Below are positions 29,966-38,637 of a DNA stretch of 64,000 nucleotides, one piece after another. Positions within the stretch are counted from its first letter, which is position 1; each line of letters opens with the position of its first letter. Position numbers and translations under genes: made by a program. This DNA comes from Ignavibacteriota bacterium (GTDB taxonomy: Bacteria > Bacteroidota > Ignavibacteria > Kapaibacteriales > UBA2268): positions 536 through 64,535 of the forward strand of contig JAGXGG010000042.1 in the NCBI GenBank assembly GCA_024636855.1, read 5' to 3'. The notes under the pieces were generated by a model. It was not told where the DNA came from, did no database searches, and worked only from the letters and a program-made list of their open reading frames with translations.

Positions 29966-31405
29966 TTACTTTTTCCAATAGTTAGGAGAAAGTAATATTA
30001 TAACAGTTAATAACTCTAATCTACCGGCTAACATCAGAAATGAGAGTAACCACTTAGATATATCGGGTAAGAATGAGAAATTATCCATTGGACCTACTAG
30101 ATTCAAACCAGGGCCTACGCCACTCATTGCTGTGACTACGGCTCCAATAGAGCTAATAATATCTAACCCAAAAACTGTTAGCAGTAAAACAGATGTAGCT
30201 AGGATAAATACATACAACATAAAGAAACCAAGTACATCTAGTACCGTTTTATCATCTACATATCTATTACCTATTCGAAGAGGGACAACTGCGCGAGGAT
30301 GTAGCACTTTCACAAATTGATTATATGTAAACTTGAATAGTAATATAAGTCTAACTGTTTTGATACCACCAGCAGTCGATCCCGCCATACCCCCACCCAT
30401 CATCAATAGTAATAAGATAACTTGCGATGTCGAACCCCACAGTTCGTAGTCTGCTGATGCGAAGCCAGTACAAGTAATACATGAAGTGACTTGGAATACT
30501 GAATCACGAAATGCTGTTTCTATTGCACCGTTGTATTGTGTATATATATTAAAGAATATGAGTAAACTTGCTATTATAATCGAGAAGAAATAAAACCGAA
30601 ACTCTGGACTTTTGAAATATACTCTCCAATTGCCAGTTACGAAGTAGTAGTGAAGAGAGAAATTTGTTCCTGCTAATACCATAAATGCTATTAGTATATA
30701 TTGAATATATGCAGTTTGCCCTACTATACTGGCGTTATACGTAGAAAAGCCACCAGTCGCAAGAGTTGCAAAAGAATGATTGATAGAATCATAAAAATTC
30801 ATCCCACCACTCATTAATAATAATATTTCAGCAATAGTTAATACAAGATAAACTGTCCATAGTAGCTTTGCTGTGTGTGTAATACGAGGTTTTAATTTTT
30901 CCGAAAATGGACCTGAAGACTCTGCTTTGAATAGCTGCATACCTGCAATTCCTAAGAAGGGAAGTATAGCAATTGTTAACACAATAATACCCATACCACC
31001 GAGCCAGTGAGTTATACTTCGCCAAAACAGTATGCCTTTGGGTAATGACTCTATATCAGTTAGAATAGTCGACCCAGTAGTTGTAAAGCCCGACATAGTC
31101 TCGAATATCGCATTTGTAAAGTTTGGGATAGAACCCGAAAATAGATATGGTAAACACCCTAGCAGTGCCATTATTATCCATCCAAAAGTAACTATAGCAA
31201 AACCATCTTTAGTTTTGAAATCTTTACTTATATCCTTTGGAATAAATACTAATAGTCCGATAGCAAAACAAACAGAAGCCGATTTTAGTAATGCGCTAGC
31301 ATCACCCGAACCATAATAGTAAGAAAATGGTAGAGGTAAGAGCATACCTATTCCTAAAAAGATAGATAGGAAAGCTAGTACTCGTAAAACTAGTTTTACA
31401 TTCAT
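29966..31405 (-). CDS. trkH: Trk-type potassium uptake protein TrkH (copy 1)
   Basis: 479 aa with the same motif set as copy 2 (SGFTTTGST, LATGGFS, GGMAGSTAGGIK). It starts 6 nt downstream of trkA. Confidence 0.9.
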   Translation of the reverse strand: MNVKLVLRVLAFLSIFLGIGMLLPLPFSYYYGSGDASALLKSASVCFAIGLLVFIPKDISKDFKTKDGFAIVTFGWIIMALLGCLPYLFSGSIPNFTNAIFETMSGFTTTGSTILTDIESLPKGILFWRSITHWLGGMGIIVLTIAILPFLGIAGMQLFKAESSGPFSEKLKPRITHTAKLLWTVYLVLTIAEILLLMSGGMNFYDSINHSFATLATGGFSTYNASIVGQTAYIQYILIAFMVLAGTNFSLHYYFVTGNWRVYFKSPEFRFYFFSIIIASLLIFFNIYTQYNGAIETAFRDSVFQVTSCITCTGFASADYELWGSTSQVILLLLMMGGGMAGSTAGGIKTVRLILLFKFTYNQFVKVLHPRAVVPLRIGNRYVDDKTVLDVLGFFMLYVFILATSVLLLTVFGLDIISSIGAVVTAMSGVGPGLNLVGPMDNFSFLPDISKWLLSFLMLAGRLELLTVIILLSPNYWKK

Positions 31406-31411
31406 TTTATA

Positions 31412-32752
31412 TTACTCGAAAAGAGATTCAACACTTGAGAATGATTCAGGCAAAGAGAATACTACTACTTTGTCGCCAGTTATTATCTGCGTGTCTCCTT
31501 TAGGTATTATTAGTTCATCATCGCGCAATATTGCCCCTAGAACAGCACCCTTAGGTATTTTTAGATGCATAATAGGTTTGCGTGTGATTTTTGATTTTTC
31601 TTTTACTACGAATTCTACTATTTCCGCATCTAATCCGGGTAACTCAGCAAATTTTGCGATACCATCACCTTTTATTAGGCGAGTTATAGCATTAACTGTT
31701 ATTTGTTGCTTACTAACTACTGCATCTAAGTTGAGTGCTGGAGTTAATGGAAGATATTCACTTTTCTTGATAAGTGATACTGTTCTTTTGACGCCTATGT
31801 GCTGCGCTACTATACTAGTGATTATATTAGTTTCGTCATCGCCAGTGATAGCAATGAACTGATCCATAGAGTCTAGACTTTCTGACATAAGTAGATCAAG
31901 GTTCGACCCATCACCATGAATAACTAGTGATTTATTGAGCTTCTCAGCAATTGCACGAGCCTTCTTTTCATCACTTTCTATTATTTTCATATTGATTTCG
32001 CCGTCTAGCTCCATCGCCACAAAAGTTGCAGTCAGCCCACCACCTATTATCAATATATCTTCTATTTGTTTTTTAGTTTTACCTAAGTATTCCAAAGCGG
32101 TATCTTGATAATAAGGGGCACAAACCATATATATCTGGTCACCAGGTAAAAGTATATCACTACCTTTGGGGACTATAGTATGTTGCCCACGCTTGATAGC
32201 AGTAACTGTCAAAGGTGGGTTATTTAGTTCTTTACCCAAATCCATTAACTTTTTGTGAAGTAAAGATGAGCTACTATCCAACCGAAGCCCGAAGAATTTC
32301 ACTTTCCCGCCTTCGAATTCTATAATGTCTGTAGCATTTGATTGCCTAATTAATCTAATTATAGTGTCAGCGGTTTCTTTTTCTGGTTGTAAAAAATGGT
32401 CAACTCCAAACTCTTCTTTACTTATAATATGGTCTTCTTTTAGATATTCTGGATTTCTAATTCTAGCAATTGTAGTTTTTACACCATATTTTTTAGCTAT
32501 TTTACAGGCAAGAATATTTACCTCATCATTATCTGTAAGAGCTGCAAGTACGTCTGCTTTTTCTACACCAGCATCTTTTAGTACAGAAGTGCTGCACCCA
32601 TTGCCGGTGATAACAAAGGCATCTAGTGTATCAGAAGCAAAATTAGCCAATTCTTCGTTACTTTCTATAAGTGCTATATTATGCTTTTCTTTAGAAAATC
32701 GACGTGCAGATTGATATCCAATATCACCTGCACCAATAATAATTATTTCCAT
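31412..32752 (-). CDS. trkA: Trk system potassium uptake protein TrkA (two RCK/NAD-binding modules)
   Basis: Two Rossmann motifs (IIIGAGDIGYQSA and LIIGGGLTATFVA), each followed by an RCK_C-like segment. The ~446-aa size is typical of TrkA. Confidence 0.9.
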   Translation of the reverse strand: MEIIIIGAGDIGYQSARRFSKEKHNIALIESNEELANFASDTLDAFVITGNGCSTSVLKDAGVEKADVLAALTDNDEVNILACKIAKKYGVKTTIARIRNPEYLKEDHIISKEEFGVDHFLQPEKETADTIIRLIRQSNATDIIEFEGGKVKFFGLRLDSSSSLLHKKLMDLGKELNNPPLTVTAIKRGQHTIVPKGSDILLPGDQIYMVCAPYYQDTALEYLGKTKKQIEDILIIGGGLTATFVAMELDGEINMKIIESDEKKARAIAEKLNKSLVIHGDGSNLDLLMSESLDSMDQFIAITGDDETNIITSIVAQHIGVKRTVSLIKKSEYLPLTPALNLDAVVSKQQITVNAITRLIKGDGIAKFAELPGLDAEIVEFVVKEKSKITRKPIMHLKIPKGAVLGAILRDDELIIPKGDTQIITGDKVVVFSLPESFSSVESLFE

Positions 32753-32905
32753 TTTAAATATTTTTTTTTATATTATGCTTTCCGTAAGATATAATTTAAA
32801 ATTAATTATTTAGAATAAGAAAAAAAGGAGCCGCTTATAAGTATATTTTTTACTATTTGATATTTGTTCAGATAATTCGTAAAATAGAGATTCAATTTAT
32901 ACACT

Positions 32906-32939
32906 TTTGTTATTATTATAAAAAAAATGTATATATTTG
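32906..32939 (+). promoter_or_regulatory. Candidate promoter for the 32994-38568 operon (TTTG ... TATATTTG)
   Basis: TTTG at 32906-32909 lies 22 nt before TATATTTG (32932-32939), which fits the Bacteroidota-type TAnnTTTG -7 element. It sits in a 241-bp, very AT-rich divergent intergenic region with A/T tracts. It is not known whether this lineage uses that promoter type. Confidence 0.2.
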
Positions 32940-32993
32940 ATATGTGTCTGTTTTTATAAAAATTGAAATTTAAAATAAATCAAAGGTAAAAAT

Positions 32994-35297
32994 ATGTCTA
33001 AAGGCGGTGGAGCTGGTAAGGTTTATTTCGTACTTTATCTTGCGGTAGTATTAGAGCTTCTAATTATTATCGTAGAAAGAGATGAAGCGGAAGAGCACTT
33101 ACACAAAAAGCAAAAAGAGGCGATGAAAATTGTCCAGTCTATTCTTTCGCAACTTCAGTCCGGTTCTGGTACTGAGGGTATAAATACAAGACCACAAGAT
33201 GAGATTACTATTCCGCCTCCAGGTGTGAATATTAAAGAGGTTTTGGGTATTGATATCAAATCTGAAAGAAGATATATTGTAGAAGTAGGTGTTACAGACG
33301 TTAGTTCTAACTCTACCAGAATGGAAGGTGAAGGACAGAAAGAATATATGGAAAGACTAGAAAAGCTAGTTAGATTGGCTAATGTAGAAGATTTGGAATA
33401 TCAAGTTTTTTATAATAGTAGTCTAGAAACCGGAGCCGTCCCTCCATTCCCTGATAACGACTTTTTCAAAGATAAGACATATGATTTAACCAAATTTGAT
33501 TTGGGTAAAGCTATAATTGAACCGGAATCAAATACTGCTTGGGAGTTCGTTGGAATTCAGAAAATTAAAATGGATGCTGAAGCTACATTTAAAAAGTTAG
33601 ATTTAGCGAACATTAGTACTGATTTGATGCACCCTGTGTATGACAAAGTGAATAAACTTGTTCGTGGCCCAACTTTCGGACCAAATAATTTCCCTGAAGA
33701 TAGTATATTCCACTATTCCATACCTGAAACGAAATTAGCTTCTGGTATTCACGGTGATAGAGGTACATTAAGTAAACGTGCATTCGTTGTTAATTTCCAA
33801 CCACCTGGAAAAGCAGGTTGGTATAAATTACGTTTTGTTTCTAAAACGAATAGAATTTTGGGTGTTCGCTCTGACCAAAAAGTAGAAGAGCTAGACAAAG
33901 ATGCTACAGTTAACATAGGTACCGTACAACTAAAAGTAACTGATTTGATGAAAGTTGAGAAAGAACTAGAACGAAAATTAGAAAAATATGATGTTCCAAG
34001 AGCAGATGTATTGACTTCAGAAGGTGGATTCAGAGCTTTCGATGAAGCAATAGAGAAAGCTAAAACGATAGCATCAAAAGAAGAAGATGCTGGAGATTTG
34101 ATTGGTAATATCAGATTATACGGTTATATAGTAAAACTATTAACTCCAGGTCAATCACAAAACTTCGATCAGAACAAAGGCGATATTGAGTTTAACATCC
34201 GTGTTATGACTCCTAAACCTAAGGTGGCTGACCCAGTTATCCAAGTTGCTGACAATTTCTATAGATTTAATGAAGGTAAAATAAACTTCAGAATGAGTAT
34301 CTCGCCTTATCAGGGTGATGCAAACGTAATCAGAGGTACTGTACACGATGCAGCTTCTGGTACTTCTAGCCAACCTGTTGCTAATGTTACTTTCAAAAGA
34401 GCTACGGATGGTGCTCCTGCTAATGGTGGTAGTGCAGATTATATTGGTACTCTTGATAAAGAATTAGCAGCTGGTACAACCGGCGGTCCTCGTACATTCA
34501 AAATCAAACTAACTCACCAATTACAAGGTAAGAGTGAGACAAAAGAACCTACTTTAGTAGTTTTCCCTGCACAAGTAGAAGAGAAAATCCGAAACTTACA
34601 AGCAAAGTTGAGTGCATTATCAGTATATGGTGAACAGTTATTCTTCAATTTCGAGCCACCATCTGGTAATAAAATCGCTCCTGAGCAATTCGGTTACTAT
34701 TTCAAAACTGATGCTGACCCACAAGACAGAGGCTTAACAACTGGTCTTGCTGCTGAAAGAGCTGACAATCTGTACTTCTCTGCTGATATGAAGAAAGCGT
34801 CTCTTAGAATAGTATGGACGGATCCTATTTCTAAAGAAGAAGTAGATATTTTCCCTAAATATGAATTCAAAATTGTACAATCTGAACCTGGTATTTCGTA
34901 TCTAAACCAACAAGTAAATGCGTCTGTTGATGGTGATATGGTCAGAGTTAGAGTAACTGGAATTAATGTGATTGCTCCTAAGATTGGTAAAGAAGGTGGT
35001 AGTGAGGAAGCTGAAGTGTCATTGACATTAGATGCTCCTCAAGTAAGAATACCTGGGTACACAGTTGTAGGAAAACCAACGATTACAGTAAAAGGTGGTC
35101 AAGCACAAATTGACTTTACTCTAAGAGGTGAGCCAGATGATGATGGAAATATACGTGGAACTGTAGTTGTTAAAGGTTCAGCTGTTGCAATTAATCCAAT
35201 TAATGGAGCTCAATCTAATCCTAGACCTATTAATTTGAACGTTCAAATTAAGCAAAAAGCAGAGAAACAAGATAATTTCTACAATGAGTACGATTAA
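32994..35297 (+). CDS. P1: N-terminally membrane-anchored large periplasmic protein, unknown family
   Basis: 767 aa. A short N-tail (MSKGGGAGK) is followed by a single hydrophobic helix, VYFVLYLAVVLELLIIIV, containing Glu21, then a charged helical segment, then a long beta-rich region. The SD AAGGT lies 6 nt before the ATG. I recognise no named domain. Confidence 0.7.
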   Translation: MSKGGGAGKVYFVLYLAVVLELLIIIVERDEAEEHLHKKQKEAMKIVQSILSQLQSGSGTEGINTRPQDEITIPPPGVNIKEVLGIDIKSERRYIVEVGVTDVSSNSTRMEGEGQKEYMERLEKLVRLANVEDLEYQVFYNSSLETGAVPPFPDNDFFKDKTYDLTKFDLGKAIIEPESNTAWEFVGIQKIKMDAEATFKKLDLANISTDLMHPVYDKVNKLVRGPTFGPNNFPEDSIFHYSIPETKLASGIHGDRGTLSKRAFVVNFQPPGKAGWYKLRFVSKTNRILGVRSDQKVEELDKDATVNIGTVQLKVTDLMKVEKELERKLEKYDVPRADVLTSEGGFRAFDEAIEKAKTIASKEEDAGDLIGNIRLYGYIVKLLTPGQSQNFDQNKGDIEFNIRVMTPKPKVADPVIQVADNFYRFNEGKINFRMSISPYQGDANVIRGTVHDAASGTSSQPVANVTFKRATDGAPANGGSADYIGTLDKELAAGTTGGPRTFKIKLTHQLQGKSETKEPTLVVFPAQVEEKIRNLQAKLSALSVYGEQLFFNFEPPSGNKIAPEQFGYYFKTDADPQDRGLTTGLAAERADNLYFSADMKKASLRIVWTDPISKEEVDIFPKYEFKIVQSEPGISYLNQQVNASVDGDMVRVRVTGINVIAPKIGKEGGSEEAEVSLTLDAPQVRIPGYTVVGKPTITVKGGQAQIDFTLRGEPDDDGNIRGTVVVKGSAVAINPINGAQSNPRPINLNVQIKQKAEKQDNFYNEYD

Positions 35298-35321
35298 TAA
35301 AATAATTCAAAGGTTAAAATA

Positions 35322-37082
35322 ATGAACAGTTTTAAAATAAAAGTATATGCTATCTTTGTAGCTATCTTTGTACTCTCTTCCTTAGGGTTAGAGGCGCAAC
35401 GCATAGACGATGTTAGCTCTATACTTACTAGATTTAAAAACTACAGATTTGGTGCAGTTAACGTTTATAAGATAACGACGCCAGATGAGATAAAAGAGAT
35501 TGTAGAATCTAAGCGAAAGAAAAAGGCTACCGCCGCTGGCGGTGCTACTGATGAAAAGTGTCTAGATGAAGTGGAATCGGGTGTAAAAAGTATAATTGAA
35601 ACAGAAATACTAAACGGTAATTCTCAATCTGGAACAGCAAGAGCTGTAATTATTGCTGGATATACTATGCCTCCAGATGACATATTTGAATGTGCTTACA
35701 AGACACTTTTCGATAAACTTATTGGTAATCAAGGTGAAGCTCTTTCTCCAAAAGCTTATTTGATAACTTCTCGACCTGAAAAAGGTGCAATTCCTGATAG
35801 AATCATAGGTATGATTTATATGGAACAAGAGTTCGATTTGGCTAATCAAGAGGTAAGAGAAGATTTGGATTTTGTATCAAGTGACAATGTTTACTCTTAT
35901 GATAGATTAAAAGATACTGAAATCGATCCTGCTAAATATGGATATGCTAACTTGTATGATTTGGCTTATGCTTATCTAATCCAAGGTAACTTTGAGAATG
36001 AAACAATGGCAGCTCGTGCTATAGGTACAGATGTTATATATATTGGTAAAGTATTTGGAGTTTCGCAACCATTAATCAGCGATAATAGAGTTAGCTCTAA
36101 AGATATTCAGATGTACAAGAGAATATCTCAAGGACAACCAGAAAGATATTTAGGTAAAAACAATATCTTGACTGTCAGCCCTGATTTGGTAAGTTGGACT
36201 CAATATGAGCCACGATTTGCTCGTAAGAGAGATGGCTCTACGGTTACTGATTCTTTGGGTAATCCAATAATTGATCCTCGTAATGCAACTAATGATTACT
36301 TACCTAATTTCGGTGTTGAATTGAAATACGGTATAGAAGGTATAAACTATCCTTCTTTCTGGAGTAATAGAATGACACTTTCTGCTATATGGAAGAATGT
36401 GAAATTTGGATTCATTTTACCGACTGACGGTTGGGCTTCATTCTCTGAAGATGTTTACAATCAACAAAGAACAATGACTTATGCTGGAGTGGGAGTATCT
36501 GGTACTTTAGATTTCCCATTTGCTATAATTCCTCGTAGTGATGTATTCCAAGTAAAGTTTGGATATGTATTCGGTGATGCTGTAGCTGGTAATGGAACTT
36601 CTACTGTAAAAACTGACCCTTTTGATTTTCTTCCACAAGTAAGTGCTTTAAGCAATGATTATCTAATGAGATTTAATACTCAAGTTCATTATACTTTCGG
36701 TATAAGTATAGATGATGACTATTTTATGCGATTTAGTGTCGGTGGTACTGGTTACTCTATGGAAACTTGGGGATATGAAATCAATGAAGATTTGGATAAT
36801 CCAAGTGTTGACCTAAAAGAAAGAGGAAGTGAATTTGTTGGTGGAATCTCTGGTAAATTAGAATTCATGACAACCAATAACACAACACCTTTTGGTGGTG
36901 GTATTCAGTATTTCGACGAATCATTGCAATTCAATGGTTGGGTGCAAGTTCCTGTAGTTGAGAATACATTCTCTATTAGATTGGAAGCTAATGGCTATGC
37001 TGTTGCTTTCAGAAAAGATGCTAGACCTTGGGAAATGAACTCGTTACTAGTGCCTATGGCTCGTTTAATTTATGTATTCTAA
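35322..37082 (+). CDS. P2: secreted protein with C-terminal outer-membrane beta-barrel-like domain, unknown family
   Basis: 586 aa. Signal peptide (VAIFVLSSLGLEAQ). The C-terminal ~260 aa are rich in alternating aromatic/Gly strands and end ...ARLIYVF. The SD AAGGT is present. The gene starts 24 nt after the P1 stop. Confidence 0.7.
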   Translation: MNSFKIKVYAIFVAIFVLSSLGLEAQRIDDVSSILTRFKNYRFGAVNVYKITTPDEIKEIVESKRKKKATAAGGATDEKCLDEVESGVKSIIETEILNGNSQSGTARAVIIAGYTMPPDDIFECAYKTLFDKLIGNQGEALSPKAYLITSRPEKGAIPDRIIGMIYMEQEFDLANQEVREDLDFVSSDNVYSYDRLKDTEIDPAKYGYANLYDLAYAYLIQGNFENETMAARAIGTDVIYIGKVFGVSQPLISDNRVSSKDIQMYKRISQGQPERYLGKNNILTVSPDLVSWTQYEPRFARKRDGSTVTDSLGNPIIDPRNATNDYLPNFGVELKYGIEGINYPSFWSNRMTLSAIWKNVKFGFILPTDGWASFSEDVYNQQRTMTYAGVGVSGTLDFPFAIIPRSDVFQVKFGYVFGDAVAGNGTSTVKTDPFDFLPQVSALSNDYLMRFNTQVHYTFGISIDDDYFMRFSVGGTGYSMETWGYEINEDLDNPSVDLKERGSEFVGGISGKLEFMTTNNTTPFGGGIQYFDESLQFNGWVQVPVVENTFSIRLEANGYAVAFRKDARPWEMNSLLVPMARLIYVF

Positions 37083-37110
37083 TAATTGTAAAACAGAAAG
37101 AAAATTGAAT

Positions 37111-38568
37111 ATGAAAAATATAAAAATAATAATAATTGTAAGTATCTTAATGTTAGCTAGTTCTTCTTACAAGACAATGGCACAAGCATCAAGTGATTAC
37201 AACTACGTTGATTCTTTGACAACGATTGATTATGAATTACGTAAAATGTTCCCTCGTTGGAAAGTTTGCGAGCCAGATTTGCAATTCCAAATCTATCAAG
37301 CATTCTCTATTTACGGATATTCTAAAGATGAATTGAATATAGAAGAAATCGAAGTTTTGGCTTCACCAAAGCCACCAAGAGAAAAAAATTATGAAATCTT
37401 ATTGATTTCTTGTGGGGATGCAACTATGAAACCACAAGAGATTGACCAGAATATTAAGCAAATTTCTAAATACTTATCAGGTGACGATAATTACAATAGA
37501 TACGAAAGACCTACTCCAGGTGCTGATTCTAGAACCTATTGTTATATCGAGATACCACCAGAAATTCCAGTTAAGCCTTCAGAAGCTACTGCAATCCAAG
37601 ATTATTTGAAACCAGAAGACAAGATACAAGCAATCACTATATCTTTATTCGAGCAATCACTTAAAATAGGTGAAACAGGATTTTGGATTCAAAATAAAGT
37701 AGGTACTGACGAAGTTGGTTATCAATTCTGGTCTGCTGGTGAAAGTAAAGTTACTCTCCAAAGACCATTGATGAATAACACTGACCCAGTTACTAGAGAA
37801 TTCGTTCCTAGATTAATCAACGCATATTTAGGTGGTGGTTATAGGCATTCTTCTGGAATTGATAATGCTGGAACTGCTTTCTCATGGGTTGCTAATCGTA
37901 AATTAAATGCAGGTCCTGATGGTAAATTAGTTGCTGGGTTTGATGTTCACATGCCTTTCCATCCTCAATTCGGTATTGGTTTGAATTTGGAACTACCTTT
38001 TAGTGACTTGAGAAATAGAAATGTTGCTATAGAATCTTACGGAAGATATGATAATACTAACGGTGCTGAATTTAGAAGAGACGCAGAATTCCAAGACCCT
38101 CGTAATGGTGACACTACTATTATGAAATTGGGTATTGCCCCATTGTTAAGAGAAACTGGTCAATTCACATTGTTCTATAATTTATGGTTAGGTAACGATA
38201 ATACACCATCACACTATTTCAGATTTGATGTAGGTGCTAGTTATGCACAAGTAGATGAGTATTTGATGTACCAACAAGGATTCGAATATATAATAGAAAG
38301 AGAAAATGTAACAGGACTAAATAGTTTTAAACCAAATGAATTTGCTGATTGGGTATTTTTGAAAGCTCAATATAGAAATCAACAAGCGTTTCCATTTAGT
38401 TTGAGTGTTCAGTACTCTAATCAAATACTAATGGCTCAGGCATATATGCCTATATTCGGTAACTGGTTCTTACTAGAAGGAAGATTCTCAAGTATATTAA
38501 GGGATCAGAGACCTTATGAGATACAAAACTTCTTTATGATAAGCCCGATACTAAGAATAACTATATAA
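37111..38568 (+). CDS. P3: secreted protein with C-terminal beta-barrel-like domain, paralogous to P2 in its C-terminal part
   Basis: The likely start is ATG 37111 (MKNIKIIIIVSILMLASSSYKTMAQA signal peptide). The ORF track begins at 37072, overlapping P2. The C-terminal motif DQRPYEIQNFFMISPILRITI parallels DARPWEMNSLLVPMARLIYVF in P2. Confidence 0.7.
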   Translation: MKNIKIIIIVSILMLASSSYKTMAQASSDYNYVDSLTTIDYELRKMFPRWKVCEPDLQFQIYQAFSIYGYSKDELNIEEIEVLASPKPPREKNYEILLISCGDATMKPQEIDQNIKQISKYLSGDDNYNRYERPTPGADSRTYCYIEIPPEIPVKPSEATAIQDYLKPEDKIQAITISLFEQSLKIGETGFWIQNKVGTDEVGYQFWSAGESKVTLQRPLMNNTDPVTREFVPRLINAYLGGGYRHSSGIDNAGTAFSWVANRKLNAGPDGKLVAGFDVHMPFHPQFGIGLNLELPFSDLRNRNVAIESYGRYDNTNGAEFRRDAEFQDPRNGDTTIMKLGIAPLLRETGQFTLFYNLWLGNDNTPSHYFRFDVGASYAQVDEYLMYQQGFEYIIERENVTGLNSFKPNEFADWVFLKAQYRNQQAFPFSLSVQYSNQILMAQAYMPIFGNWFLLEGRFSSILRDQRPYEIQNFFMISPILRITI

Positions 38569-38579
38569 GAAATCAACAA

Positions 38580-38612
38580 CCCTTCTGTTTTAGAGCAGAG
38601 GGGTTTTTTTTT
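38580..38612 (+). terminator. Intrinsic terminator after P3, immediately upstream of P4
   Basis: The stem CCCTTCTG (38580-38587) pairs with CAGAGGGG (38596-38603), with one G-U pair and an 8-nt loop. Nine T residues follow (38604-38612). Confidence 0.75.
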
Positions 38613-38637
38613 ATTTCTACATTCAGTAACTTGCAAG

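Noticed and set aside
32753-32993. Possible c-di-AMP (ydaO/kimA-type) riboswitch or other leader upstream of the trkA-trkH-trkH potassium operon.
   Set aside because: The region is almost pure A/T with no GC-rich paired elements. It is too unstructured to resemble that riboswitch class.
32994-35297. Calling P1 a GldM/PorM homologue and the module a T9SS core.
   Set aside because: Only the topology (short tail, single TM, long periplasmic beta-rich body) is reminiscent. The conserved GldM N-terminal motif (PRQKMINLMYLV) is not present. No gldK, gldL or gldN-like genes flank it. The resemblance is kept as a hypothesis to test, not as an annotation.
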